A DNA stretch of 64,000 nucleotides from Methanobacterium sp. UBA353 (GCA_002496805.1 DALO01000016.1:45615-109614); one strand, 5' to 3'. Shown: positions 9,502 through 25,255, counted from the first letter of the stretch. Notes: a model not told the origin generated them from the letters alone. Numbers and translations are program-made.

Positions 9502-9595
9502 TCTGCATAATATAATAATTAAGGCAGCATAAACAAATTATTAAAATATATAATTCAAACAAATAAAAATTAACAATTACAGGCAGGATAATATA

Positions 9596-12046
9596 ATGGC
9601 GGATGATTCTAAAAAAAAGGCAAAAATCAAAATTTCCGGCATGCATTGTGCTTCATGCGCATTAAATGTTGAAAAATCTTTAAATGAATTGGAAGGGGTG
9701 GATGAAGCCAGAGTAAACTTTGGAACTGAAAAAGCTACGGTAGAATACGATTCAAATAAGGTTAAACTGCAAGAACTTGAAGATACTGTGGAAAATGCTG
9801 GATATAGAGTGATGAACGAAAACGTTATAATCAAAGTAGGTGGAATGACTTGTGCCATGTGTGTTCAGGCAATCGAAGATGTGCTAAAAAAAATTGATGG
9901 GATCAGTAAGGTAACAGTTAACCTTGCTGGTGAAAAGGCTTATGTGACATACAATCCCCAGATGACCAGTACAAATGAGATGAAAGAAGCTATTGAAAAC
10001 TTAGGATTTGAATATCTGGGTTTAGAGGGGGAAATTGCTGGAGATCAGGAGGAAAAACTGCGTGAAAATGATCTTAAAAGTAAAAGGAATCGTTTTATAG
10101 TAGCTTTTGCTGTTTCCATTCCCTTAATGATTTTAATGTATGCTAATGTGATGTTACCCTTTAAAATGACTTATTTCATGTTGGCAGTTACTATTATTCC
10201 CTTTATTTATGTTAGCTTCCCAATTTTCTCTGTTGCTTATCGTTCCCTCCAAATAGGTACTCTTAACATGGATGTTATGTATTCCATGGGTATTGGGGTT
10301 GCTTTTGCTGCCAGTGTGCTGGGAACTTTTAATATTGTGCTTACTCCCGAATTCATGTTTTATGAAACTGCACTGATGCTTGCAGGATTTTTAATGTTTG
10401 GACGATGGCTTGAAGCACGTGCCAAGGGACGCACCGGCACAGCTATTAAAAAATTATTGAATTTGCAATCAAAGACCGCCACAATTCTCCGTGATGAAAA
10501 CGGGAGTAGTGTTGAAACTCAAATACCAACAGAAGAAGTAGTTGTGGGAGATGTAGTACTGGTTAAACCTGGTGAACGAATCCCAGTAGACGGTAAGGTA
10601 GTTTCAGGTGAAAGTTATGTCGATGAGTCCATGATCACTGGCGAACCAATTCCTACCATGAAAAGTACGGGTTCTTCGGTTGTTGGGGGAACCATAAACC
10701 AGAACGGGGTTTTAAAGTTTCGTTCAGAAAAAATTGGCAAAGATACTGTACTAGCACAGATAATCAAATTAGTAGAATCTGCACAAGGGTCCAAACCACC
10801 CGTCCAAAGGATAGCCGACCAGGCAGTTTCGTATTTCATCCCTACCGTGCTCACCATTGCCATTGTAGCATTTGTAGTTTGGTACTTCATTCTTGGAAGT
10901 AGCATCCTTTTCGGACTCACAGTTTTAATATCCATATTGGTTGTAGCCTGTCCATGTGCCCTTGGCCTGGCAACGCCTACAGCAGTAACCGTCGGTATTG
11001 GACGCGGTGCTGAACTGGGGATATTGGTTAAAGATGGTGAAGCTCTGGAAATGTCTGAAAAATTAACAACCATCCTTTTTGACAAGACCGGCACCCTTAC
11101 CAAAGGTAAACCCGAAGTGACTGATATTGTTGGAATTAAAATTGATGATCGAACTTTATTACAGATTGCTGCCAGTGTGGAAAAAAATTCACAACATCCC
11201 CTGGGACAGGCCATAGTCACCAAGGCCCGTGATAATGACATCAAATTATTTGATTCCGATACTTTTGATACTTTCCCTGGAAAAGGCATATCTGCAGATT
11301 TAAATGATAAAAAGATTCTTATTGGAAACAGAACCCTACTAGAAGATAATAATATCATCATATCCGGTTCTAATGAAGATATAATTTCTGAAATTGAAGA
11401 AAATGGAAAAACTGTCGTTTTAGTGGCTTCAGGAGATGGTTTATCTGGTATTCTGGGTATTTCTGATACTTTAAAGGCTGACGCCTCGAAAGCTATTCAA
11501 GAACTTAAAAAGATGGGATTGGATGTCGCTATGATTACAGGTGATAATAAAAAGACTGCTGAGGCGATCAGCCATGACATCGGGATAGAAAAGGTTTTGG
11601 CTGAAGTATTACCTGGAGATAAGTCTGCTGAAGTTAGGCGGCTTCAAAAAAATGGTGAAGTTGTAGCTTTTGTAGGTGATGGGATTAATGATGCCCCTGC
11701 ACTGGCCCAAGCCAATGTGGGAATTGCCATTGGTAGTGGAACTGATGTGGCAATTGAAAGTGGGGAAATTGTGCTTATTAAGGATAATTTATTGGATGCT
11801 GTTGCTGGACTTCAATTATCAAAGAAAGTTATGGGACGTATAAAGCTAAATCTCTTCTGGGCATTTGCTTACAACATGATTCTTATACCAGTAGCTGCAG
11901 GATTACTTTATCCTCCATTCGGAATAACATTCCGTCCGGAATATGCTGGACTAGCCATGGCACTATCTTCTGTGACCATCGTAACTTTATCACTCCTTTT
12001 AAAGGGATATGTACCTCCTGCAAATAAAATGATAAAAAAAATGTGA
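9596..12046 (+). CDS. copA: Copper-translocating P1B-type ATPase
   Basis: 816 aa. It has two N-terminal HMA domains ([16 protein letters not shown]), a CPC membrane motif (ACPCALG), the DKTGTLT phosphorylation site and GDGINDAP. Confidence 0.92.
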   Translation: MADDSKKKAKIKISGMHCASCALNVEKSLNELEGVDEARVNFGTEKATVEYDSNKVKLQELEDTVENAGYRVMNENVIIKVGGMTCAMCVQAIEDVLKKIDGISKVTVNLAGEKAYVTYNPQMTSTNEMKEAIENLGFEYLGLEGEIAGDQEEKLRENDLKSKRNRFIVAFAVSIPLMILMYANVMLPFKMTYFMLAVTIIPFIYVSFPIFSVAYRSLQIGTLNMDVMYSMGIGVAFAASVLGTFNIVLTPEFMFYETALMLAGFLMFGRWLEARAKGRTGTAIKKLLNLQSKTATILRDENGSSVETQIPTEEVVVGDVVLVKPGERIPVDGKVVSGESYVDESMITGEPIPTMKSTGSSVVGGTINQNGVLKFRSEKIGKDTVLAQIIKLVESAQGSKPPVQRIADQAVSYFIPTVLTIAIVAFVVWYFILGSSILFGLTVLISILVVACPCALGLATPTAVTVGIGRGAELGILVKDGEALEMSEKLTTILFDKTGTLTKGKPEVTDIVGIKIDDRTLLQIAASVEKNSQHPLGQAIVTKARDNDIKLFDSDTFDTFPGKGISADLNDKKILIGNRTLLEDNNIIISGSNEDIISEIEENGKTVVLVASGDGLSGILGISDTLKADASKAIQELKKMGLDVAMITGDNKKTAEAISHDIGIEKVLAEVLPGDKSAEVRRLQKNGEVVAFVGDGINDAPALAQANVGIAIGSGTDVAIESGEIVLIKDNLLDAVAGLQLSKKVMGRIKLNLFWAFAYNMILIPVAAGLLYPPFGITFRPEYAGLAMALSSVTIVTLSLLLKGYVPPANKMIKKM

Positions 12047-12065
12047 TAATTCAGAGGTGGAATTT

Positions 12066-12212
<147 letters not shown>

Positions 12213-12484
12213 TAAGAGTAATTAAAGGGATTAATTAAGTCAGTGGAGGAATTTGTTAATTAAATTGTCAAAAAAGGCGCATTGTAGGAAATGAAGGATA
12301 AACAGTAATATCGCAGAAAAAACAAAAAAAATATTAAAAACAATGATGTTCTGAGAGATTTTCAATTTAGATATATAAAAATGAGGGGGCACCCCCCGTA
12401 TGAGGGGCAAATTACCATATGAATACTATCTGTATTGTTGGTTTGGTAAGAGCGTGTGAAAAGTAAAAAATCGTTGACGATCGT

Positions 12485-13738
12485 CTAATATACTTCTTTC
12501 TTCATAACTTCTCTTAAAACACTTGTTGCATAAGCCCCCTTGGGGATCGAAAACCCTACAATAACCCCGTTTTCAGATGTTTCAGCAGAAACATCCCATA
12601 TTTTGAATCGGATTGGGCGTCTGATCCCATGACTTCCTAATTTTGGCATTTTCAGCAATTTGAAATCTTCTAGTTTGAGATTTTCTTCATTCAGTATCTT
12701 TTGTTCCATTTCTCCCAGTTTCCCTCCAGCAAGAGGTACTTTACTGCCGAATAGTGGAGCTGATGGATGGGCTTGGAATTCTTTAATCCTATTATCTATT
12801 TTTTCAGGGTCAAAATCATGGATAAGATGTTCTTCATTGTCAATTAGAATGTCCCCTTCAATGAATTGATCTATTCCCAGTTTCGTGCGTTCACTGACTG
12901 CCCGGTTAAACAAGTATGATTGGTATGCATGGACAAACATCCTGCTTAATGGTTTGGGTAGACTTTTAAGTGCCAAAATATATGATTTTTCATCCAATTC
13001 TTCTTTCTTTTTCTTTTCTTTGATAAGCATACGCAACATCATCTTTTCATACCGCATCCCACTGGGCATGGCCTCCAATGCCTCTTCCAACTCCCCTTCC
13101 CCATATAACATTCGAGCTTCCTGAATATGCGTTGGTTCAGTATCGTAAGGGTATCCTATGTAACGATCAACAGCTGCTTTCACTCCACCCTTGATTAGGG
13201 CTTTACCCACCAAGTGAGTGTTGGGGCGATTCTTTCCAAAACGCTGATATCCGTAATAGTTAGGCACTCCCCTATTTTTTAACTGTTCCAGAATTTCTTC
13301 TGCTCTGTTTATTGCTAAATCCGGATCTTCAACATTCCCAATCATTAAACGGAACTTGTTTCCAACCAGTTGGCCTATGCGTAATTTTTTCTCGTTGGGA
13401 ACTACTTTCATTATCTTTACATGATGAAGTTTATCTCCCAGCCCCTGTAATTCTTCCGGAGTTTTGTTACTTACGCATATCCATTGACGAGTCACAGCTG
13501 ATTTATCTTTCATTCCAGCAAAACCCATCTGCTTTCTATTTATTCCAAGCTCTCGAGCAATGTCTAAAACTACATCTAAGGTATTTCGACCTTCTTTTTC
13601 AATCCAAAGCCATGTGTTTGGCCCTTTCCCACTAGGGTTGGTTATTGGAATTTCTTCCACATAAAAATCTTCATTTTTAGTTCTGATCTGCCCCCCAATT
13701 CCTTTTTGGGAGGTTAAATATGTTTCTGCGTTTAACAT
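12485..13738 (-). CDS. truD: tRNA pseudouridine synthase TruD/Pus7 family
   Basis: 417 aa with the [14 protein letters not shown] catalytic-Asp motif and overall TruD-like layout. Confidence 0.85.
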   Translation of the reverse strand: MLNAETYLTSQKGIGGQIRTKNEDFYVEEIPITNPSGKGPNTWLWIEKEGRNTLDVVLDIARELGINRKQMGFAGMKDKSAVTRQWICVSNKTPEELQGLGDKLHHVKIMKVVPNEKKLRIGQLVGNKFRLMIGNVEDPDLAINRAEEILEQLKNRGVPNYYGYQRFGKNRPNTHLVGKALIKGGVKAAVDRYIGYPYDTEPTHIQEARMLYGEGELEEALEAMPSGMRYEKMMLRMLIKEKKKKEELDEKSYILALKSLPKPLSRMFVHAYQSYLFNRAVSERTKLGIDQFIEGDILIDNEEHLIHDFDPEKIDNRIKEFQAHPSAPLFGSKVPLAGGKLGEMEQKILNEENLKLEDFKLLKMPKLGSHGIRRPIRFKIWDVSAETSENGVIVGFSIPKGAYATSVLREVMKKEVY

Positions 13739-13866
13739 GCTGATTTACCACATCGATATTCGTTTCCTTCAAAACAATTCAAATCATATTCCTACTTGCG
13801 CTGTTGATTTTTTATAGAACTGTCATGATATAATAACCACATGCATAGAAATACGGAGATTAAGTT

Positions 13867-14631
13867 ATGACAACTGTGAAGATAATGCCATGTCTAGACA
13901 TGAAAGATGGTCGTGTAGTTAAAGGGATTCATTTTGCGGATTTAAAAGATGCCGGTGACCCAGTTGAAAGCGCAGAATTATATCAAAATGAAGGTGCAGA
14001 TGAATTGGCCATCTTGGACATTGCAGCCACTCTCCAAAACCGAAAAACTCGTTTAGAATGGGTTAAAAACGTGTCTTCGGTTATTGATATTCCCCTGACA
14101 GTTGGAGGGGGAATTTCAAATCTAGAGGATATTAAACTGATTTTAGATGCTGGGGCTGATAATATTTCCATAAGCAGTGCTGCTGTGAAAAATCCGGACC
14201 TTATCCAGGAAGCAGCAGACGAATATGGGAAAGACACACTTACCGTGGCCATTGATGGGTGTCGTAACACTGCCATGCCTTCAGGATTTGAAGTGGTGAT
14301 AGCCGGAGGCACTAAAAAAACAGGTATTGACGCTGCTGAATGGGCTAAAAAATGTCAAAAGCTTGGTGCAGGAGTCATATTACCCACCAGCATGGATGGA
14401 GATGGAACACAAGAAGGATATGATCTAGAATACACCCGATCAATTTCAAACGCTGTGAACATTCCAGTTATAGCATCTGGTGGTGCTGGAAAACTTTCTG
14501 ATTTTAAAAAAGCTGTTATAGAGGGTGGTGCATCTATACTGTTAGCTGCATCAGTTTTCCATTATCGCTTGTTAAGTGTTAAAAAAGTTAAAGAGTATTT
14601 GCAGGAAAATGGAATTAACGTGTATTTTTAA
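13867..14631 (+). CDS. hisF: Imidazole glycerol phosphate synthase cyclase subunit
   Basis: 254 aa. IMPCLDMKDGRVVKG, TVGGGI and ASGGAG phosphate-binding motifs fit the HisF (beta/alpha)8 barrel. Confidence 0.85.
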   Translation: MTTVKIMPCLDMKDGRVVKGIHFADLKDAGDPVESAELYQNEGADELAILDIAATLQNRKTRLEWVKNVSSVIDIPLTVGGGISNLEDIKLILDAGADNISISSAAVKNPDLIQEAADEYGKDTLTVAIDGCRNTAMPSGFEVVIAGGTKKTGIDAAEWAKKCQKLGAGVILPTSMDGDGTQEGYDLEYTRSISNAVNIPVIASGGAGKLSDFKKAVIEGGASILLAASVFHYRLLSVKKVKEYLQENGINVYF

Positions 14632-14787
14632 GACAATTTAGTGATCTATTTTTTAAAAATCTATATTTACAGCATATTAACAGATGTATTGAGGAAAATT
14701 TTTACAAAAAAAATTCATCTTGTCCCATAGAAGACTACGATAACTTATATAATGGTATTGATAAAAATTCGTCTTTGAGGCGATTGG

Positions 14788-15570
14788 TTGAAAAGAAAAT
14801 TAAAGTACTTAGAAAATTTAGTAAAAAAACTCAAAAATGATATAAAGAGTCACAAACACCATAAATCTATTTTAGGAATGTTTACAGTATTTTGCCTATT
14901 TTTTATAGTTATAATACCTCTATATAATATTTACTCCGTAGAAACCTCCCACTTACAACCAACCACCAGAGACGTGTTAGGGAATGAGTCATATGGTTTT
15001 GTGGTAAAGGAAGGGCCTTATGGGAACTCCACTTCACCAGTTAAAATCGCGTATATTATCGGACAACATCCTCGTGAACACTTTGCCCACAAAGCTGTTG
15101 CGGAGAATGTTAAAGAACAATCCCCTCATTTTAAATACTGTTACTACCTCTATTATATTAATGTAACCAGTTACAGTGATGATTTTGACATCGGCCGAAT
15201 GAATGGACAAATACTATCAAATAATTATGTGGTTCCCGATATTACTAAGGAAAATTTCGATTTTGCTGTGGATGTCCATGGAACTGATGGAGAGTACTCC
15301 ACAAGAGTTTTCCTGTTTACCCCTATAGAAAAAGGTACTTCTTTAGACGTAGCATTGGAATTAACCAACATTGTTGATGGTGTTCCCTATTATCAAGCAC
15401 CTACCTCCAGCAGTCCTGAATTTACTACCATTCCTCTGATCAATAATGGAATACCTACCATTGTGTATGAGTCTTTTACTGCTCAGCCCTATAACAATAT
15501 CAAAAAACAGGACAAGAAATTTATTTTAGGCGTTGATAAGCTAAATTTTAAGCCTAACCCCTGTTATTAA
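14788..15570 (+). CDS. Membrane-anchored extracytoplasmic protein with HPxE...DVH motif, unknown family (paralog of 32102..32842)
   Basis: 260 aa from TTG 14788; an alternative start is the internal Met MFTVFCLFF. It has one N-terminal hydrophobic anchor. The conserved ~190-aa domain includes GFVVKEGPYGN, GQHPREHFAH, KYCYY, GRMNGQ, VPDI and VDVHGT. Confidence 0.75.
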   Translation: MKRKLKYLENLVKKLKNDIKSHKHHKSILGMFTVFCLFFIVIIPLYNIYSVETSHLQPTTRDVLGNESYGFVVKEGPYGNSTSPVKIAYIIGQHPREHFAHKAVAENVKEQSPHFKYCYYLYYINVTSYSDDFDIGRMNGQILSNNYVVPDITKENFDFAVDVHGTDGEYSTRVFLFTPIEKGTSLDVALELTNIVDGVPYYQAPTSSSPEFTTIPLINNGIPTIVYESFTAQPYNNIKKQDKKFILGVDKLNFKPNPCY

Positions 15571-15725
15571 TCCTATAAATTAATTACAATCTAAGTATTT
15601 GATTTCATGACCCATCTAAATATCTGCTTTCATTGTTAATTGGTTTAAGGCTGACTGTTGATTGCCAGTCACAATCTATAAATATTAAACAAAGACAATG
15701 TGTAATTAACACACATGGTGGGAGA

Positions 15726-16190
15726 ATGCCTAAACATATAGCATCTGGATTAAAGTACTTGGCAGCAGTGAAGCTCAGAGAACAAGGTTATTTTCAGAAA
15801 GATATTGCAAACAAACTCGGGATGGATCGTTCCACAGTTTCTCACTATTTAAACGGTAGAAATCTTTCATGGAGCTCTATTGAAGTTGCAGAATCCATTA
15901 CCAGTTGTTGTAATCATGATTTTTTGTATTTAACTTACTCTTTAACGAAAGATATTGATAACACTAAGACTATCGTTGGGATACTAGTCGAACAGGAATT
16001 TCAGGCAGTTGTGGGAGACACTTGCATTGGTTGTGGTCTTTGCGTTGATGTTTGCCTTATGGATAACATTTCTATTGTTGATTTAAAATGTCAAATAGAT
16101 ATTGAAGGATGTTGTGGGTGTTTAGATTGTCAGACCAACTGTCCTACAAATTCTATACAGATTTTGGAAATTCAAAGTCCTAATAAATGA
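15726..16190 (+). CDS. HTH DNA-binding domain fused to a 2x[4Fe-4S] ferredoxin domain (putative redox-sensing regulator)
   Basis: ORF track 15633..16190. ATG 15726 is preferred because GGTGGGA lies upstream. The N-terminal QKDIANKLGMDRSTVSHYLNG is a helix-turn-helix. The C-terminus has CIGCGLCVDVC and CCGCLDCQTNCP cluster motifs. Confidence 0.75.
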   Translation: MPKHIASGLKYLAAVKLREQGYFQKDIANKLGMDRSTVSHYLNGRNLSWSSIEVAESITSCCNHDFLYLTYSLTKDIDNTKTIVGILVEQEFQAVVGDTCIGCGLCVDVCLMDNISIVDLKCQIDIEGCCGCLDCQTNCPTNSIQILEIQSPNK

Positions 16191-16340
16191 TTTAATTTTT
16201 TAAAAGTTAAGTTTAATCTCCAAATTTAGTTGAAAAAATTTTGGCTTACTAGGATTTTATACTTAAAAAAAAAACTTTAAATAAATTTATTATCACATGG
16301 ATAATTTCATCTAATTTTTTAAAAAAAAAATTATATTAAT

Positions 16341-17030
16341 TTAAATTCCAATAATTTTCATTACTTGTTTAACATCTTTCAGATTTTTAAGGACAAAATC
16401 CGCCCCTGTTTTTTTTAATTCACTTGTAGAATACATTCCAGTTGCAACAGCAATAGTAAAAAGATTAAAAGGTTTAGCTGCTTCCACATCTCTAGGAGTA
16501 TCTCCGATTATGAATATTTGATTACCTTTATAGCCATGTAATCTTCGAGCACGTTTCAAGGCTTTTTCAACCAGACAAGGTCTTTTGGGGCTGTCACTAC
16601 CAAACCCACCAAAAGAAAAAAACCCATCTAGCCCAACTTGGCCCAGTTTAGCATAAGCAATTGGCTCTAAATTTCCTGTTGTGAGGCCTAAAAGAATATT
16701 TTCTTTTTTTAGTTGTTTTAAAAGGTTATTTACCCCGTACAATGCTCTTACGTTCTCTCGGTGCACATTTGCCAAGTAATCCTGAACCATGTAATCGAGG
16801 CAATCCTGGAAGTTATCTTCAATAACCTTTTCAGGTATTCCCCCTATTTCAAGGACTTCTCGCAATATTTGAGGGTCAGTCTTACCTGCATAGTTTATAC
16901 CACTGATATCCTCTTCCATCCCATAGAATTTGCTTACTGCATGTACAAATGCCATGTAATGGCAACGGGCTCCCTGGACAAGAGTCCCATCAATGTCAAA
17001 AAGGGTTAAAATTTCATTATCAACCATCAA
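16341..17030 (-). CDS. HAD-superfamily hydrolase (phosphoglycolate phosphatase-like)
   Basis: 229 aa with motif I LFDIDGTLV, a TTGN motif and a late GDTPRDVEAA motif. Confidence 0.8.
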   Translation of the reverse strand: MMVDNEILTLFDIDGTLVQGARCHYMAFVHAVSKFYGMEEDISGINYAGKTDPQILREVLEIGGIPEKVIEDNFQDCLDYMVQDYLANVHRENVRALYGVNNLLKQLKKENILLGLTTGNLEPIAYAKLGQVGLDGFFSFGGFGSDSPKRPCLVEKALKRARRLHGYKGNQIFIIGDTPRDVEAAKPFNLFTIAVATGMYSTSELKKTGADFVLKNLKDVKQVMKIIGI

Positions 17031-17113
17031 AATCTCCTTGTTTAATTTTATCTAGAATATGAGGATTAATTTCAGCCAGTTCTTTCAAACTTCATACTAA
17101 CATACGAATGAAA

Positions 17114-18403
<1,290 letters not shown>

Positions 18404-18606
18404 TGGACCACCTATCTATATAAGATTGAGGAAAATAACATAAATATGTAGAGGATTATCTGCAAAAACACTCCTTGTAATAGGTTAATATCATATGCCC
18501 TATTACAGTCGTTTTTCCATGATTAATATTTACAACACATATAGTTTTATTTATGTTCACTTATTAAATTTTTTAACTGAAATTTAGAGTCTAGGAGGAT
18601 CTTTTG

Positions 18607-19467
18607 ATGGAGATAAAAATAGCCCTTCCATCCAAAGGAAGGATAAGTGACCCTGCTGTAAAGCTTTTATCAAGAGCAGGGATTGGATTGAAGGACACCG
18701 TTAATAGGAAGCTTTTTTCAGATACTTACGATGATCAAATCAGTGTTATGTTCACCCGTGCTGCAGATATCCCGGAATTTGTGGCTGATGGTGCTGCAGA
18801 CTTGGGAATGACCGGTATGGATTTGATTAAAGAGAAAGAAGCCCAAGTTAAGATCATGGAAGATTTGAATTTCGGAAAATCAAAATTAGTCCTAGCTGCT
18901 CCTGAAGAATCAGATATTAAAAAACTCAAAGATATTAAAAAAGATTCTATTGTGGCCACCGAATTCCCCAATCTCACCCGAAAATATCTTGAAAATAAGA
19001 AAATACCCGTTAAAATAGTTCAACTCAGTGGTTCAACCGAAATCGCTCCTTTTATTGGAGTTTCAGACATTATCGCCGATCTAACTAGCACTGGCACCAC
19101 ACTTAAGATGAATCATCTGCAGATGATAGATACGATTTTGGAAAGTTCTGTACAACTTATAGCGAATCCTGTAAGTTATGTGGAGAAAAAAGAGAAAATA
19201 GAGGAAATTAAAACCGGAATAAAAGGCGTTCTTGATGCTGACGGGAAAAAATTGGTGATGATGAATGTGGATGAAGAAGTCCTGGACGATGTTAAACTTG
19301 CCATGCCCGGGATGACTGGACCTACAGTATCCCAAGTTCTCTCTGATAAAGGAGTAGTAGCAGTTCACGCCGTGGTTGATGAACATAAAGTATTCCAAGT
19401 AGTTAATCATTTAAAAAAAATTGGTGCCAGAGATATTCTAGTGGTTCCCATTGAAAGAATCATTTAA
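18607..19467 (+). CDS. hisG: ATP phosphoribosyltransferase (long form)
   Basis: The ORF track starts at TTG 18604, and ATG 18607 follows GGAGGAT. The N-terminus is IALPSKGR and the product has a C-terminal regulatory domain. Confidence 0.85.
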   Translation: MEIKIALPSKGRISDPAVKLLSRAGIGLKDTVNRKLFSDTYDDQISVMFTRAADIPEFVADGAADLGMTGMDLIKEKEAQVKIMEDLNFGKSKLVLAAPEESDIKKLKDIKKDSIVATEFPNLTRKYLENKKIPVKIVQLSGSTEIAPFIGVSDIIADLTSTGTTLKMNHLQMIDTILESSVQLIANPVSYVEKKEKIEEIKTGIKGVLDADGKKLVMMNVDEEVLDDVKLAMPGMTGPTVSQVLSDKGVVAVHAVVDEHKVFQVVNHLKKIGARDILVVPIERII

Positions 19468-19512
19468 ACAAACCGTGCATATTTCAAACCCCAACCGATG
19501 AGGACGGATTAA

Positions 19513-20289
19513 ATGAAGCTTCTAAGATTTAAAAAAAATGGTAAAAATAAAAACGGAGTAATTATCAATGGAGGAGTGGTTGAAATAAAACATTCCATAT
19601 TAGAAGCGTCACAATCACCCCTTGATGATTTTAAAAGAAGGAATTTCTACTCATTAGATGAAATAAAGATTCTTCCACCAGCTCAACCTAGCAAAGTAGT
19701 ATGTGTAGGTTTGAATTATCGTGACCATGCTGAAGAACTGAACATGGATATACCAGAAGAGCCAGTGCTGTTTTTAAAGCCCCCTACCACCATAATTGGT
19801 CATGAGGACCGTATTGTATATCCTCCTTGTTCCCATCACGTGGACTATGAAGCAGAACTGGCAGTTGTGATGGGACGCGAAGCCCGTTTTGTTAATTATG
19901 AGGATATATTAGAATATGTTGCAGGATATACTGCTCTTAACGATGTTACTGCCCGAGATTTGCAGCAAAAAGATGGACAGTGGACTCGTGCGAAGAGTTT
20001 TGATACTTTTTGCCCTCTGGGGCCTTGGATAGAAACTGATATGGATCCATCAAGTCAAAAAATATCGATGAAAGTTAACAATTCAATCAAACAAAATTCC
20101 AACACTAAAAACATGATTTTCCCGGTTGAAGAATTGATAAGCTTTATATCCCATATTATGACCCTTAAAGCAGGTGATGTGATTGCAACTGGCACCCCTC
20201 CTGGTGTGGGACCCATACAAGTTGGTGATGTGGCTGAAGTAAATATTGAGGAAATTGGAATTCTTAAAAATAAAATAATCAGTATTTAA
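19513..20289 (+). CDS. Fumarylacetoacetate hydrolase (FAH) family protein
   Basis: 258 aa. CVGLNYRDHAEE, EAELAVV and the C-terminal GDVIATGTPPGVG are typical of the FAH fold. Confidence 0.8.
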   Translation: MKLLRFKKNGKNKNGVIINGGVVEIKHSILEASQSPLDDFKRRNFYSLDEIKILPPAQPSKVVCVGLNYRDHAEELNMDIPEEPVLFLKPPTTIIGHEDRIVYPPCSHHVDYEAELAVVMGREARFVNYEDILEYVAGYTALNDVTARDLQQKDGQWTRAKSFDTFCPLGPWIETDMDPSSQKISMKVNNSIKQNSNTKNMIFPVEELISFISHIMTLKAGDVIATGTPPGVGPIQVGDVAEVNIEEIGILKNKIISI

Positions 20290-21112
20290 CATGATTTATA
20301 AATAATCTTAAATTAATAAAATTACGCATACCAAGCTCACATTCAAAATCAGAACTCTTTTCATAATAATATCCCTAAAAACCATCTAATAACATCTTGT
20401 TCACACTTTTTTATTAATTCACCCCCACCCCCTCAATTAGTAAGCCAATTAAGTCATAGCATCTATATTTTACACAAATTAAACCCTATTTTTGAGGATT
20501 GATCTTGCGATAAAATCTGAACGTTACCATTAAACCTTCTTTTTTAGGATTATCTGCCTTAAAAGCCTGCCATAACTAAATATAAGCAAGTATATATAAA
20601 ACATGAAAAGTTAATGGCGTATTTTCCGAGTTATAATGATAATATCCCCCTTCCCCCATTAATCAACTCGAGAGTGTTTTTAAACTCAATCCAGATAAAT
20701 TTTGTTTTGTACAGAGTTCAATTTCATTAAATAATTCTTTTTTTCATCAGCAAATAAAGCGGAGTAAATTTCTAAATCAATACTTTTTTGGTAACTCATT
20801 CTCAGATGGAGTTAGTGAAGATGTTTTTTTAAGTGTATTGGAACTTTATGGAAACTTCTAGAATCAAAAAAGAGTATGAGAAGGAAATCCAAATTCATTT
20901 ACAGTCCAATATTATCTTCAATATCTGGACGCACTTCCAAGCCCATAACCTTACATTTACTTTTTAGATAATTTAAACTATGTTTGATACCTTTTTGACC
21001 TCCTACCTAACCACAAAGTGATATCATTCATAAGTTCTGTTTTCATTTTATCCTTTTTGAAAAAAAATAAAAATATAAAGCCATTCATTTGAATGGATAA
21101 TTTCAAGAATAG

Positions 21113-23968
<2,856 letters not shown>

Positions 23969-24077
23969 ATAATCACCGTTATACTTCAGTTTGATATGGT
24001 AAAATTAAACTATCATTTAATTAAGGTTAACAAATTGTTTACTTGAATGTTATATTTATTTATAAAATGATCTTTTG

Positions 24078-24389
24078 TCATTTTAGTGCATTCTCAAGCC
24101 AATCCAAATATTCTTTTGATCCGCTTTTTATCTGGATTTCCAGTGCACATGGTGTTTGGTAGCTGTGAATTTCTTTAACCCTTTCTATAACTTTATTCAC
24201 TAATTTGGAGCTAGTCTTGACCAAGAGGATCGACTCAACATCTTCCTCCAGTTCTCCTTCCCACCAATAGATAGATTCCATCACTGGAATTATATTAGCA
24301 CATGCAATTATTTTTTCTTTTAAAAGGTTTTTTGCAATTTGTTGAGCCTCTTCTGAATCAGAAGTGGTTATATATACGATAGAATACAT
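24078..24389 (-). CDS. cutA: Divalent-cation tolerance protein CutA
   Basis: 103 aa. The pattern MYSIVYITTSD...ACANIIPVMESIYWWEG matches the CutA1 family. Confidence 0.8.
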   Translation of the reverse strand: MYSIVYITTSDSEEAQQIAKNLLKEKIIACANIIPVMESIYWWEGELEEDVESILLVKTSSKLVNKVIERVKEIHSYQTPCALEIQIKSGSKEYLDWLENALK

Positions 24390-24445
24390 TTATACCACTG
24401 TCCTATTATATGAACTTTACAGTTGTTTAACTATAATTTAAGGCT

Positions 24446-25255
24446 TTATCTTACTATTAAGGGCATTGGTGGCACTTTTAATTTGTGTTCAGCTGACATC
24501 ATCATCAGTTTGACTTTTACTACCTCATCAAGATTTATTTGAAGTTTTTTAATTATTTCTTCTTTTTTCATTCCTTTTTCAGTTATTAAATACAGAATTT
24601 CATCTAAAAGAGAGTATTTTATCCCCATTTCATCTTCATCTGTCTGACCAGGCCATAATCCAGCAGTTGGGTCTTTGTTAATAATTTTTTCAGGAATCTT
24701 TAGATGTTTTGCCAACATGCGAACATCAGTTTTATACAACGCACCAATGGGAAGTATATCAACCCCACCATCACCATATTTAGTGAAATATCCTACTAAA
24801 AGTTCTGATCTGTTATCAGTACCAACCACCAGTCGATTCATGGCATTAGCATGGAAATATAAAATTAACATCCTCATTCGTGCCTCAAGATTAGCAGAAG
24901 CCATTTGATACTTTTCATCATCTGGAAAACTGGTGCAAACACCTAAAACTAATTGAATAAGAGGATCTATGTATATGGTTTTGTATTTTATACCCAAAGA
25001 ATCTGCTAAAGACACAGCATCATTGATGTCTTCTTTATTTGTGCTCTGGCCGGGCATTATCAGGCCTAAAATTTTGTGAGTGTTTACCACTTCGGTGCAG
25101 AGTTTGGCAGTGACTGATGAATCCAAACCTCCACTAAGACCCACTACCAATCCTTGAGCATTTGATTCTATCAAAGAATTTTCAATAAAGCTAGATATCT
25201 CCCTAGAAACTTTGACAATGTCTAATAATGGTAACATACCCTTATTGTAATCCAT
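24446..25255 (-). CDS. nadE: NH3-dependent NAD+ synthetase
   Basis: 269 aa with the PP-loop SGGLDSS and a NadE-like C-terminal half. Confidence 0.85.
   Translation of the reverse strand: MDYNKGMLPLLDIVKVSREISSFIENSLIESNAQGLVVGLSGGLDSSVTAKLCTEVVNTHKILGLIMPGQSTNKEDINDAVSLADSLGIKYKTIYIDPLIQLVLGVCTSFPDDEKYQMASANLEARMRMLILYFHANAMNRLVVGTDNRSELLVGYFTKYGDGGVDILPIGALYKTDVRMLAKHLKIPEKIINKDPTAGLWPGQTDEDEMGIKYSLLDEILYLITEKGMKKEEIIKKLQINLDEVVKVKLMMMSAEHKLKVPPMPLIVR

Noticed and set aside
10615-11361. 248-aa ORF antisense to copA
   Set aside because: It lies wholly inside the well-supported copA frame on the opposite strand. The translation is Ser/Pro/Thr-rich and low in complexity, and there is no RBS or family motif. 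It is a typical shadow ORF of a long gene.
12381-12409. G5/C6 palindrome GGGGGCACCCCCC and the direct repeat ATGAGGGG(G)CA between the convergent TRASH and truD genes, considered as a possible bidirectional terminator hairpin
   Set aside because: The stem is only 4-5 bp with a minimal loop, which is too weak to call. Archaeal termination does not require hairpins.
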